From: the human T2T-CHM13v2.0 reference genome, Homo sapiens
Length of the DNA: 64,000 nt
Assembly (NCBI RefSeq): GCF_009914755.1
Contig: NC_060926.1
Strand: one strand, 5' to 3'
The notes under the pieces are model-generated. The model did not search any database. It had not been told where the DNA came from and saw only the letters and a program-made list of their open reading frames with translations. Shown in pieces: positions 41,302-59,485 of the stretch. Position numbers and translations under genes: made by a program. Each line of letters starts with the position of its first letter. The stretch's first letter is position 1.

Positions 41302-43083
41302 TTAACCAGGTGTGGTGGTGGGTGCTTATAATCCCAGCTACTAGGGAGGCTGAGGCTGGAGCATGGCTTGAACCCGGGAGGTGCAGTGAGCGGAGATCAC
41401 GCCACTGTACTCCAGCCTGGGCGAGTGAGACTCTGTCTCAAAAAAAAAAAAAAAGGAAAAAGAAAGAAAATGAATTAGGTGCTATTCTGACCTTTGGGAA
41501 TTTGAAATTTTCTTTGTGACCTAATATATTGCCTATTTTTCTAAGTGTTTCATGGGTGTCTGAAATGGGTGTGTTCTCTTGTTTTCATTGCGTAGCATTG
41601 ATAAACGTCTATTGGAGCAACACTATCAATGAATGTCATATTTGCTATTTCATGTTTTTATACTTTAGGCGCTTTGCTGCCCTTACGGGATACAGAAAGG
41701 TCTGTGACAGTTTGTTTGTTTGTTTTTGGAGACACAGTCTCACTCTGTCGCCCAGGCTGGAGTGAAGTGGCGCAATCTCTCTCGGCTCACTGCAACCTTT
41801 GCCTTCCGGGTTCAAGCGATTCTCCTGCCTCAGCCTCCTGAGTAGCTGGGACTACAGGCACCCACCACCAGGCCCAGCTATTTTTTATATTTTTAGTACA
41901 GATGGGGTTTTGCCACATTGGCCAGGTTGGTCTCGAACTCCTGACCTCAAGTGATCCTGCCTTGGCCTCCCAAAATGCCGAAATTACAGGTGTGAGCCCC
42001 GGCGCCTGGCCATCTATGACAGTTACAACTCCTCGAAGGCTGCCCCTTTGTTCCTCTCTAGCGCTTCTGTGTGCAGTATATTGTCTTGAATTCCGTGCTG
42101 CCTGATGGTTTGTCACATCTCTATTTTGGTAACTGCCATGGATGGATAAATGAGAATATTGTTGTTTGAAGAGTTAAGACATTTGTGTTAGATCATGTAG
42201 CTGCCTAGTGTCAGGCCTTCACCTGGTCATCCTGACTGCCTGGTCTGTCCTTGCTCTGTGGTAGGCCCCTCACAGGTGGCAGTAGCTCTCCTTTGCCTCC
42301 CCTGCCTTGATTTTCAGTTTAGGCCCAGCTGGGATGGTCTCCAGTATCTGCCAGGCTTCCCCCAGCTCCCAGCAGCTCTTATCAAACCAGAAGTCCAGCC
42401 AGCAGGGGAGGAAGGAATGTTGGCTGGCCACTTTAGGTACAACATGCGGGAGTAAGGGTCAGCTCGAGGCAATGTTGTGAAATCCCGAAATCATTCTTTG
42501 GAGGTTAAATTTAATGTAAGGCATTTCCATCTTGGACCCTGCCCCGGTCCTTCAGGGACCCACGGCTCCATTGTTCCCCAGGTCTCAGCAAGGCCTTTTT
42601 CACTTAACACCGTGTTGGTGCTCATCGCAGCCCCAGTAAATGGCAGCCATTTGGACGTTCCTTATTTTCACGAGCTTCAGGGGCAACCTCCCATGGTCCT
42701 TTTTGGATGTTCTTTTTGCATTAGCTTCATGTCCAAAGTTGGTATCATTCTCAACAGCTTCCATTTGTGCAGCCTTCTGCCTAGGGTTCGTTCCCATCTC
42801 AGTCAAAGGCTCCAGTGACTTAAGCGCCTGGTGCTCAAGCAGACAGTCTGGGCACCAGCTCCCTGTCCAGCCCTCCACAGGAGACGCCAGTAAGGACGGA
42901 GTCCTGTGGGCTCCACCTCCAAAATCTGTCCCGTATCCACCCACTTCTCAGCACGTCCATCGAAGCCACCTTCATTGCGTTCCTGTGTTTTTGCAACAGA
43001 CTCAGTTGTCTCCCGTTTCCCTTTCATTCATTTGCCCCACAGCAGCCAGAGTGATCTTTTTAAAAGCACCCTATCACAGATCA

Positions 43084-43334
<251 letters not shown>

Positions 43335-43955
43335 TCACATGGCTCTCCTGCATGAAACCCTCCATGGCTTTTCTGTGCCCTCGATGTAAAATTCTTACTT
43401 GCAACCCTCACTTCCAGACCCCTAGCTTCCTGACTAGCTAGACTTCCTGACCCCTAGCTAGACTTCCTGACTAGCTGGTCAGGCCCCAGGGTACTCCTCT
43501 CCAGCCACCCTGGCTCCATCCTGCCTTGGTCCTATGCCTGGAAGACCCCCCACCCACCACCCCAGCCTAGCAGGGCAGGCTGCTTCTTATCGACCCGATC
43601 CCAGAAGACTGCTCACCCAGAAGACTTCTCCAGACTACCAGCCAGCCCGGTCCCTCTAGGTGACCCCGTTTTAATTATCTGCATTCCACAGCCCACTATT
43701 AAAGCCCACTGTATAAGTTATCTTTGCCTTTTTGGGGGTATTAATTTTGTAATTAATATCCTTGCATAACTCATTGTGTAAATTTTTGATTATTTTAAAG
43801 TTGCATGGAGATGTTTAAATAAAACTTTACCAATGGTCGGGCACAGTGGCTCATGCCTGTAATCCCAGCAGTTTAGGAGGCCGAGGCGGGCGGATCACTT
43901 GAGGTTAGGAGTTCAAGACCAGCCTGGCCAACATGGTGAAACCTCGTCTCTACTA

Positions 43956-44210
<255 letters not shown>

Positions 44211-44736
44211 CTACTAACTTGTTTTCCAATGAAGTTAGAAGAAGTTAAAAGAACCAAGTGCTTTTAAGAAGCTTGGTTCGTGTACCTGGCAGGATGATGT
44301 GTGATTGTTTTAATGTGCATTTCTTGGATTTCCAGTGAGAGTAAACATATTTTCAAGAGCTTATCAGCCATTGTACTCCTATTTGTGTGACTGCGCTGTT
44401 CCTGGCCTTGCTCCTGCATCCCCTGGGCTGGGCTGCAGGTTGCACAACTCCAGGGGAAGCCCTTCACTTTGTATGTGCTGGAACTCTGCTCCGAGAGCAT
44501 GAAGGACCTGCAATTGTTCTCAGTGGCTAAGCTGCTTGGTGGATTGACTTTTTGGCATAGTCTCCAGAACTTCAATGTGTGATGTTTCTTTCTATCCCAA
44601 ATGCTTGGGGGATTGCCCAGTGATTCCTAAAAGACTGTAGGCCCCAGGGGATTTCAGCAACACTTCTCTGGGAGCTGAGTTCAGGTCCTCCTTACCTGTT
44701 CCTTCCAAGGGGAAAACTTTCTTTTTCATTTTTTGA

Positions 44737-45030
<294 letters not shown>

Positions 45031-45896
45031 TGAAGAGGGTAGAGCATTACTGTCTGGACCGCATGTGGCTGACTCTATAATGCCAGCTTGGCCAATGAGA
45101 ATTCCGTTCTTAGTGACAAGAGTAACTTTGCTGGGTGGCTCTACACAACTGTATGCAGAGGGGAGCCCCTCTAAAGAGCTAAAGATCAGCTCGTTATTTA
45201 AACTTCCAGTTTCTGTGAAGCCAAGTTGGAATTTAAAGCATGGTGTGTCTGTGTCCAGAGTCCCCAGGGGGAGCCTCCTAGTGAGCCTCACTGGACCTTT
45301 GTTTTTGTGAAAAGAAAATCACTTAATTGCTGTGGAGTCACATTTTCCTGGTGACTTTGCTGCAGGGCATGACGATTTCATTGTCCCTTGGTGGAGGAGG
45401 AAGTAGAGAGACAAAGGATGGGGTGAGGTGCCCAGGGGCTCCTGAGTCACCAGGGGAGGCAGGGAACAGGGTCCCCCTGGAAGCTTCTGGGCCTCCCCTC
45501 TCAGGTGTGGGGGCCCCTCCTGTGTGGCTGCAGGAGTGAGGCTAGGGCGGGTGGCCCCTCTCATCAAGGTACTCTGACAGTGGCCGGGCACTGGCGGGCC
45601 TGGGGTTTTGGGTTATCCAGAGCGGGCATGCTAGCACCTGCTTTCACGGATGGAGACTGGCTTTAGGGGAAGGCTGGGGGTCAGGACCAGCTGACATGTG
45701 GCCACCAGTGAAGTGACCTGGGGCAAGCTTCTGGGCCTCTGCACTCCATTTCCTCAGCTCTAAGGGCCTTGGCTTTGTGTGTGGAGCATTCAGATATAAA
45801 TCCTTAGTGGTTTTCTGGGGGCAAAGAGAAGCTCCCAGATGCCCTCCCTCCGATCCTGCCGTGTAACCTGGTTGCGCTCTTCCCAGGCATCTGGGT

Positions 45897-45950
45897 TCCT
45901 CCCTCCCTCCCTCCTTCCCTCCTTCCTTCCTTCCTTCCTTCCTTCCTTCC
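45897..45950. repeat. (CCCT)n(CCTT)n microsatellite derived from an Alu tail; similar tracts at 31067-31108 and 36190-36300
   Basis: Read directly. Confidence 0.9.
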
Positions 45951-47274
45951 ATGGAGTCTCGCCCTGTGGCTTAGGCTGGAGTGCAATGGCATGATCTTGG
46001 CTCGCTGCAATCTCGCTTCCCGGGCTCAAGTGGTTCTCCTGCCTCAGCCTCCCGAGTAGTTGGGATTACAGGCACGCACCACCACACCCAGCTAATTTTT
46101 ATATTTTTAGTAGAGACAGGGTTTGGCCATGTTGTCCAGTCTGGTCTCCAACTCCTGACCTCAGGCGATCTGCCCACCTCGGCCTCCCAAAGTGCTGGGA
46201 TTATAGGCGTGAGTCACCACGCTGGCCTTTCTGGGTAATTTCTGACAACCAAACAACTCTATCCTGCGTTTGCTAGAATTTTCCAGAAAATCCAGGGAGG
46301 GAGAAAGCCTTCTCTTTGGTGTTGCATAGACTTGCCCTCAGGATCCTCAGAACCTGTATCCACTACTCCTCAGCGGGAGAGCTGGAGGTGGGAGACCCAA
46401 CCCTTCCTTCTACAAAGAAGGGAGCGGCCTGTGCAGTTTGCAGGGCAGAAACCCTGGAGACACTGTGTCTTAAGGCTACATAAGAATCTCCTCTGCTCGG
46501 GCCCTGCGATCTGCAGCCTCAAGTATTCACCTCCAATTCCAGCCCTCCTGCTGGGGTGCAAGGCTTCTAGGCACCCGCCGGCTGCTCCTCTCCCCATACC
46601 CCTGGACTGGAAGAGTCCTGGGGGCCCTGCATGGCAGGAATGTCCTGGCTCTGGGTGCGGAAGAAGAGGAGACAGATCTCAGGAGCCCCCCTCACCGTTG
46701 GGATAGAAGCCCTTCAGCCATCCTCTACCCCAGGGCCATTCTACCACCCCTGAACGCCTTGGGGTCCAGGGTTTAGAAATCAGCAGGGCTAAGAGGTGCC
46801 CCCGTAGTGTTTGTGGAAAGGAAGGAAAGGGCACGTTCGGTACAGACCTGCCACAGGCAGATTTGTGAAGCTCCTGGGCGGCCCCTTCTCGCCTGATCCC
46901 CCACCGCAGCTTGCCCGTGTCTGGAGGCTGCCTGCCCAGCACCCAAAGGCCTCCAGTCCCTACCTGCCCTGCCTCACACCTGGGCAATGCCCCCCACTCC
47001 TCCCACTCCATCTTACCCAATTTCTTCCCTTGGGGATTCCCCAGATGACTATCGAGGTAAGGGGCTGGGCCTGAGTAGCACGCCTCTGTCTTACTCCTTT
47101 ATTTACTCACTGCTTTGTCTATTTGAATTACCATGATTGACTTTTTGTTTTTTGAAACAGGGTCTCACTCTGTTGCCCAGGCTGGACTGCAGTGATTCAA
47201 TCACTCCTCACTGCAACCTGCCTCACCCTCCTGAGTTGCTGGGACTACAGGCACACCCCACTACCCATGGCTAA

Positions 47275-47418
<144 letters not shown>

Positions 47419-48203
47419 TGATCTCATTCTTTTTTAGAGACTTCTTGGTGGTCCATTATATCAGATGGGTCCCTAGTTGACAAACATTGAAATGGCTTCC
47501 TGTCTTTTGTAATTACAAACCATTCTGCCACAAAATATGGTGTTTGTAGCACATGAGCCAGTATAGCAGAAGAATACATTTCTGGAAGTTCAATGGCTCA
47601 CACCTGTAATCCCAGCACTAGGGAGGCCAAGGCAGAAGGATGGCTTGAGCCCAGGAGTTGGAAACTAGCTTAGGCACCATAGGGACGCCCTGTCTGTACA
47701 AATAATAATAATAATAAATTAGACCGGGAGAGGTGGCTCACGCCTGTAATCCCAGCACTTTGGGAGGCCGAGGTGGGTGGATCACTTGAGGTCAGGAGCT
47801 CAAGACCAGCCTGGCTAACATGGTGAAACCCCATCTTTACTAAAAATACAAAAATTAGCCAGGCATGATGGCGGGCACCTATAATCCCAGCTACTCGAGA
47901 GGCTGAGGCAGGAGAATAGCTGGAACCCGGAGGCGGAGGTTGCAGTGAGCCAAGATTGTACCACTGCACCCTAGCCTGGGCAACAGCGAGATTCAGTCTC
48001 AAAAAAAAAAAATAATAATAAATAAATAAATAAATAAATAAAATTTAACCAGGCATGGTGGTGTGTGCCTGCAGTCCCAGCTACCTGGGAGGCTAAGGTA
48101 GGAAGGTCCCTTGAGCACAGGAGTTTGAGGCTGCAGCGGGCCATGTAACGCCATTGCACTGCAGCCTGGGTGACAGAGTGCGACCCTGTCTCGAAGGAAA
48201 CAA

Positions 48204-48260
48204 TACAGCTTTTTTAGAATTTGTCTAGGAGGTTTTCTGGTTTTCACCAGAACCAACCCT
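48204..48260 (+). pseudogene. U7 snRNA pseudogene
   Basis: TACAGCTTTTTTAGAATTTGTCTAGGAGGTTTTCTGGTTTTCACCAGAACC matches U7, with the U7-specific Sm site AATTTGTCTAG (48218-48228) and a 3' stem-loop. 5' end damaged; the upstream flank is Alu rather than an snRNA promoter. Confidence 0.88.
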
Positions 48261-48549
48261 TGCCTGCAAATGTTTGATAGATACTCTAAAATTACTCTCT
48301 AGTGAGGCTGTACCAATCAACACCTCATCTCAGCAGTGCGTTGATGCTCCTGTTTCCCCAAGGACTGCCAATGCTGTATTAGGAGTTTTCTTTATACACT
48401 GAACTAATTGGTGTAAAAGATATTCCTGTGCAAGTGAGGTTGAGCTTTCTTCCTCACGCTTATGAGCTATTTGTTGATGCTCTTCTGTGAACCTATAGAC
48501 GAGCATTTGACCAGGCCTCCTCACCTTTAATGCTGCAGATGTTTAACTT

Positions 48550-48621
48550 GGGGAAATTCTAGTATCTGACACTTGAACTACGTAAGGGGAAATTCTAGTA
48601 TCTGACACTTGAACTACATAA
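48550..48621. repeat. 36-bp tandem duplication
   Basis: GGGGAAATTCTAGTATCTGACACTTGAACTAC(G/A)TAA x2. Confidence 0.95.
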
Positions 48622-48659
48622 ACAGGTCTCACTGTTACAATAATTGTCCCCATGCTTGA

Positions 48660-48919
<260 letters not shown>

Positions 48920-49013
48920 TGATCTGCCCGCCTCAGCCTCCCAAAGTGCTGGGATTACAAGCATGAGCCATCGCACCCGGCCTATTTTTAAGAATATGGG
49001 TTTATTACTTTAA

Positions 49014-49592
<579 letters not shown>

Positions 49593-50380
49593 TGATCCAC
49601 CTACCTCTGCCTCCTAAAGTGCTGGGTTTACAGGCATGAGCCACCACGCCCGGCCAACCATTTTTAAGTGTACAGTTCAGTGGCGTTAAGTACGTTCACA
49701 CTGCTGTTACAACCGTCACCACCCTCCACCCACAGGACTTTTTCCATTTTGAAGAACTGAAACTGTATTCATTAAACAGTGACTCCTCCCTTCCTCCTCC
49801 CCCAGGCCCTGGCAACTACCTTTCTACTTTCTCTCTGTATGAATTAGGCTATTTTAGGTACCTCCTATGAATGAAATCATATAGTGTTTGACCTTTTCTG
49901 CCTGGCTTATTTTACTCAGCATGATGTCTTCAATGTCTTACAGCATGTCAGAATTCCCTTCCTTTTAAGGCTGACTAGTGCCGCATTGTATGGACACACC
50001 ACATTCTATGTATCCACTCAGCTATTGATGGATGCTTGGGTCGCTCCCACCTTTTGGTTATTTTTGTTTGTTTGTTTTTGAGATGGAGTTTGTGACCTCC
50101 ACCTCCTGGGTTTAAGCAATTCTCCTGCCTCAGCCTCCCGAGTAGCTGGAACTACAGGTGTGTGCCACCACACCCGGCTAATTTTTGTATTTTTAGTAGA
50201 GATGAGGTTTCACCATGTGGGCCAGGCTGTTCTCAAACTCCTGACCTCAAGTGATCTGCCCACCTTGGCCTCCCAACATGCTGGGATTACAGGTGTGAGC
50301 CACTGAGCCCAGCCTTGGCTATTGTTAATAATGCTGCTATGTTTATTTTTATTAGTTATTTATTATTTATTTTGTTATGA

Positions 50381-50653
<273 letters not shown>

Positions 50654-51122
50654 TGACCTCATGATCCACCCGCCTCGGCCTTCCAAAGTGCTGGGGTTAC
50701 AGACATGAGCCACCCCGCCCAACCGTAGTTTCTTTTATTTTCTATTTGCAAAAGTAATATGTTTTTAACAAATTAAAACATAGCATTACATAAATTCATG
50801 GAAATTGCAGGTCTCCATTCTTGTATCCATGAAGATAATAGCCAGTGTCAACAGTTTGGTTTCTTTTCTTTTAGGATTCTTATTTAGGTATATACTGACA
50901 TAATTTTTTAAGTGGGGTTATATGCTTTACATGCCTAAATGCTTTATTTTGAACCAATTTCAAATTTCCAGAAAATATGAAAGACAATGAAAAGAATTCT
51001 CAGCCAGGTGCGGTGGCTTGCGCCTGCAATCCCAGCGCTTTGGGAGGCCAGGGCAGGTGGATCACTTGAGGTTGTGAGTTCCAGACCAGCCTGACCAACA
51101 TGAAGAAACCCCGCCTCTACTA

Positions 51123-51275
<153 letters not shown>

Positions 51276-51782
51276 TCAGTCTCAAAAAAAGAAAGAAAAA
51301 AAAGAAAAGAATTCTCATACTTTTCATATACTTTTACCACATCTGCTTTCTCTCTGTTTTTGTCTCTGCTTCTGTCTTTTCTGTCTCTCTTTCTGAACTC
51401 TGAACTTCTTCAACAGTAAGTTACAGACATGATATTCCTTTACCTCTAAAAACTTTAGGGTGTATTTCTTAAAAATAAGGACATCCTCTTATATAACTTT
51501 AGTATGATGATCAAAATCAGGAATGCAATACTGGTACTCGGTCTACAGATTTCACGTGGATATCACCGCTTGTCTCAATAGTGTGCTTTCTAAGCTGGGG
51601 ACAGTGGCACATTTCTGTAGTCTCAGCTACTCAGAAGGCTGAGGTGGGAGGATCACTTAAGGCCAGGAGTTTGAGACCAGTCTGGACCACACAGCAAGAC
51701 ACCATCTCTTTGAAACAAAAAAAAAAGCACACTTTCTACCAAAATAAAATGTCATATTTTCTCAGATAATAATAAAAACTGA

Positions 51783-52034
<252 letters not shown>

Positions 52035-52941
52035 TAGAGTAGCTGGTATTACAGGCATGCACCACTACGCCCGGCTAATTTTTGTATTTTTAGTAGAGAT
52101 GGGGTTTAGCCATGTTGGCCTGGGTGGTCTCGAACTCCTGACCTCGTGGTCCACTTGCCTTGGCCTCCCAAAGTGCTGGGATTACAGGTGTGAGCCACTG
52201 CACCCAGTCTTTTTGACCTTGATGGCTCTGAGTTTTTTAAGTGTTTAGGTCAGTTATTTTGTAATATGCTCCTTAATTTGAACTCGTGCTGCTTCCTCAT
52301 GGCTAGACGGAGGTTATGCAGTTTTGGCAAAACACTGCACAAGTGATGTTGTTTTCCTCAGTGCGTTGCAGGAGGCACACAGCATTGGTCTTTTCCATGT
52401 GTATGATGTTAACTTTGGTCACTTGACTAAGGCAGTATCTGCTTAAATTTTTTTTTTTAAACAAGGTAAAAGATACAGTGAAATGTACTCATCTTAAGTG
52501 AACAGGCTGGAGAGTTTAGACAAATAAGTATCATCCATCAGTGTAACCAACATCCCAATCAAGGTCTTTATATATTGTTTACAGTGCTTTTTTAATTAAA
52601 AATATGGTTTGTCCATCTTTTATGGGTTAATATAAATTTTTTTCCTGGCATTTTACATAAAGCTGCCAGAGTTTACTTTAGACAAACATGGAAGAGCTAA
52701 TTTCCATGGGCCTTGGAGAAGTGTAGATTTATGATCAATTTCTGCTTCTACCCTAGTTTACTGTGTAGGGTGACCTTTAGCTCTCTGAGTCTTAATTTTT
52801 TTCATCTCTAAAATGGGAATGTCACTTAGCTCAAAACTTTTTCTCAAGAATGGAGTCTTCTGGCTGGACACGGTGGCACATGCCTGTAATCCCAGCACTT
52901 TGGGCGGCCGAGTGGGTGGATTGCCTGAGGTCAGGAGTTCA

Positions 52942-53142
<201 letters not shown>

Positions 53143-54421
53143 TCAAAAAAAAAAAAAAAAAAGAATGGAGTCTTCAAAACACCTAAAAAGTTATATATAT
53201 CAACAAATAAAATTTTTTAAAAGAGGCTGGGTATGGTGGCTCATGCCTGTAATCTTAGCACTTTGGGAAGCCGAGGCAGGAGGATCACTTGAGGCCAGGA
53301 GTTCAAGACCGGTCTGGGCAACATAGCAAGACCCTGGCCCTACCAAAAAAAAGTTTTTTTTAAATGAACAAGCCAGTAAAAAGCCGGCAAAATATATGAA
53401 CATGCTATCCACAGAAGAAGAAAATAGCCTTTTATAGAGTCAAACATGAGAAAAGATGTCCAGCCTCACTGATGATCAAAGAAATGCAAATCAAAGCAAC
53501 AACGAGATATAATTTTTCAGACATCAGATTGGCAGAGATTAAAAAGATTCATAATACCTGTGTTGGCAAGGGTTTAGGGAAGCAGACAGTCTCATACACT
53601 GAGGTGTGAGTGTATACTGACTTTGTACATGTGTAGGGTAGTTTAGTCTTGCTTGTTAAAACTGTAAATGTTCATATTCTTAATTCCAGAAGTTGCTTCC
53701 TTAGCAACTTATTTTTTCTTTTTAAATGCACTTTTCTTTTTAAAAATGTATTTATTTGTTTTTTAACAAAGTTCAGTTTTCTGATCCAGGCAACTTATTT
53801 TTTATCTATACCTGCACAAGTGAGCAAAATGTGTGTATTATTGTGACGCCATATCAAAGTGACAATAACTCAAATGTCCAATAGTAGAGAATTTGTTATG
53901 ATACAGCTATGAAATGAAATACAGTACAGTAAATGAAAGGAATGAGGAACCAGTCTTCTCCCGTGAAAAGGTGTTCACAACAAACTGTGGAGTGAAAAAA
54001 GTACATTTAACACAGTATCTAGACTCTTAGTTCCCTTTCAATGAGAAAAATTTTCTGATTAAGTAATACTGCAATTCACTGATGACCATCGTTAATGATC
54101 ACAGCTAAGTCAGGGCTGTTTGCGTTATGTGGAACCAGGGCTTTTTCTAGCAGTAGAACTTCATAGACCATGTTATTCTGAGACGTTTCTGGTGTCATGT
54201 ATATGCCTAAGGGCCACAATTCTATGTAGTTAAAGACTTCACAGAAGGGCACGTGTGATGGCTCATGCCTGTAATCTCAGCACTTTGGGAGGCCGAGGCA
54301 GGTGGATTGCTTGAGCTCAGGGGTTTGAGACCAGGCTGGGCAGCATGGTGCAATCCTGTCTCTACCAAAAATACAAAAATTAGCAGGGCATGGTGACGGG
54401 TGCCTGTAGTCCAGCTACTCA

Positions 54422-54565
<144 letters not shown>

Positions 54566-54897
54566 TCACAGAGGCTAGGACAAGGAGCACTAAACAGTCA
54601 TTAGCAAAATGATGAGTGAGTTCTCTTTTTAGGTCTGTTAGGACAGAAACAAGTAGGGGTGCCAGAATTCATTGATTCATTCGGCAGACATTGCTGAGCA
54701 GCTGCTGTGAGTCAGGCACTGTGGTAGGTGCTGGATTTATGTAAACAAATAACTACTCAAAATATTATAGGGGATGTGGTGATAGGAGACGGCAACTCCC
54801 ACAGGTCGCTGTGAGGATAAAAGAGGAACCGTTGGTAGCATTAAAATAGGAGCTCCGAAAGAGCAGGGACTTTGTTTTGTCCATGACATTTTAGAAC

Positions 54898-54993
54898 AGT
54901 GCTTGGCGCATAGTAGTTGTTAGTGCTTGGCGCATAGTAGTTGTTAGTGCTTGGTACATAGTAGTTGTTAGTGCTTGGTGCATAGTAGTTGTT
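54898..54993. repeat. 24-bp minisatellite x4 (AGTGCTTGGCGCATAGTAGTTGTT) within an L2 3' end
   Basis: Units start at 54898, 54922, 54946 and 54970; flanks match the L2 terminus. Confidence 0.95.
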
Positions 54994-55034
54994 TGATATA
55001 TGAAATTTGCTAAACAAATGAACCAATGAATTTA

Positions 55035-55330
55035 TGGAGTCAGGGTCCCAACAGATAACAGAAGATGCACTTGCAAATTATGCCAGAGATAATTTGAGGA
55101 GAGGCTCATTATAGGGAGACAGAGTTATGTGTGGGCTATAGGAGAATCACAGGAACCCAGGCTGGTGGAGAGACATTGTCACAACCCCTAGGCTGGCAGG
55201 GACAAGAGGATTGAGGTCACTGGAACTGGGAGGGAACCAGACTCTCCCTCCTTCTGATCTCCTGCCAAATCTACCCAGGAGTCATGGGGCAGAGAACCCA
55301 AAACAGTCCACCCAGGTTGCCTAGAGCATA
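55035..55330. mobile_element. Possible old ERVL-class solo LTR remnant
   Basis: AGTCAGGGTCCC...ACAGA...AATTTGAGGAGAG...CCCCTAGG...CTCCCTCC..CTGATCTCCTG resembles LTR16/LTR33-type consensus; family uncertain. Confidence 0.45.
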
Positions 55331-55389
55331 TCTCAAGGTGTCTCTTGCAGACTCTGATACCTCACAATGGTATCAGGCACCAAACTCCA

Positions 55390-57123
<1,734 letters not shown>

Positions 57124-57504
57124 TCAGTGTGTTTTTCAGAGACAAAAAGTTTTAATGTTCTAATTGTAAAAGCAATATCTGATTATAATTGGAAAATATG
57201 TAAAGTAGGAAAAACACTTTCACGTCGTCATAGCCAGTGCCCATACTGCCTGTAGGAGTTTGTATCTTGGTATTTTTCCAACATTATAATACACGCCTTG
57301 TTCCACAGTATTAGGAATTCTTTGAAGCTTTATATTCAATGGCTCTCTAATAATCCCTCAGCTGGATATACCATCATTTACTTAAACAATTCCTTATTGT
57401 CGGACCTTCCAGCTGTCTCCAGTTCTTTACTGTCAGCAGCGTGCTGTGAAGAACATCGTTTTATTCAGAAAGCTTTTTCTGTTTGTCCCATTTCCTTAAG
57501 ATAG

Positions 57505-57773
<269 letters not shown>

Positions 57774-57991
57774 TAGTGATCCGCCTGCCTTGGCCTCCCA
57801 AAGTGCTGGGATGGGATTACAGGTGTGACCCACTGTGCCCGGCCGCTATTGGCATTTTAACCCTCTTCATACATCTTGCCAAATTATTCCCCCAAAGGGT
57901 GTCACCAGCTACTTTTCCTGCCAGCAGCATGTGACAGTATTTTGAGGACAGCTTCCTACTCTAACCGGCTCTTTTTCTTCTCTCTCCAAAG

Positions 57992-58077
57992 CCTCATAAG
58001 GAGAATGGCTCAGAGCGTGGTGGAAGTCATGGAGGACTCAAAGGGGAAGGTCCAGGAGCACCTCCTGGCAAACGGAG
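57992..58077 (+). CDS. ATP6V1C2: ATP6V1C2 exon 4 (86 nt)
   Basis: Branch-like CTCTAAC, polypyrimidine tract, AAG| acceptor. AG+C gives Ser, then LIRRMAQSVVEVMEDSKGKVQEHLLANG+G. Donor |GTAGGT. Frame joins exon 3 exactly. Confidence 0.96.
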
Positions 58078-58363
58078 GTAGGTAGGGCGGCCCTCTGATG
58101 TGGAGCACAATCTCCCCGCTCCCTCTAGACCAGAGTCGTCCTTGCTGTGGCCACACAGCAATCACCGAGATGGCCCAGGTCTCAGTGGATGCTCTGGATT
58201 GACACATTGGGCAGAGGCTCTGCACTTGCTTTTATTTATTTATATTATTATTATTTTGAGACAGAGTCTCCCTCTGTTGCCCACGCTGGAGTGTGGTGCA
58301 ATCTTGGCTCACTGCAACCTCCGCCGCCCGGGTTCAAGCGATTCTCCTGTCTCAGCCTCCTGA

Positions 58364-58774
<411 letters not shown>

Positions 58775-59338
58775 TAGCCAGGATGGTCTTGATCTCCTGA
58801 CCTTGTGTCCGCCCGCCTCGGCCTCCCAAAGTGCTGGGATTACAGGCGTGAGCCACCGCGCCCGGCCTATTATGATTATTTTCTGAGACGTGGTCTTGCC
58901 CAGGCTGGAGTGCAGTGGTGTGATCATAGCTCACTGCAGCCTTAACCTCTCAGGCTCAAGGGGTCCTCCCACCTCAGCCTCTCGCTCACCAACACACCTG
59001 GCTAATATATATAGATATATTTTTTGAGACGGAGTTTTTCTCGTGTTGCCCAGGCTGGAGTGCAATGGCACAATCTCGGCTCACCGCAACCTCCCCCTCC
59101 CAGATTCAAGCGATTCTCCCGCGCTTAAGTGATTCTCCCACTTCAGCCTCCCGAGTAGCTGGGATTACAGGCATATGCCGCCATGTCCAGCTAGTTTTGT
59201 ATTTTTAGTAGAGACGGGGTTTCTCCATGTTGGTCAGGCTGGTCTCGAACTCCTGACCTCAGGTGATCCGCCCGCCCTGGTCTCCCAAAGTGCTGGGATG
59301 ACAGGCGTGAGCCACCGTGCCTGGCCACACCTGGCTAA

Positions 59339-59485
<147 letters not shown>

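Noticed and set aside
45698-45716. CTCF site (TGGCCACCAGTGAAG)
   Set aside because: Only the 5' half matches; the GGC core is absent.
54898-54993. CRISPR-like array or NNYYAPST repeat protein
   Set aside because: Head-to-tail units with no spacers in eukaryotic L2-derived DNA; the ORF is a by-product of the 24-bp period.
57950-57991. U12-type intron 3
   Set aside because: The donor is GTAAAA rather than GTATCCTT, and a normal polypyrimidine tract is present.
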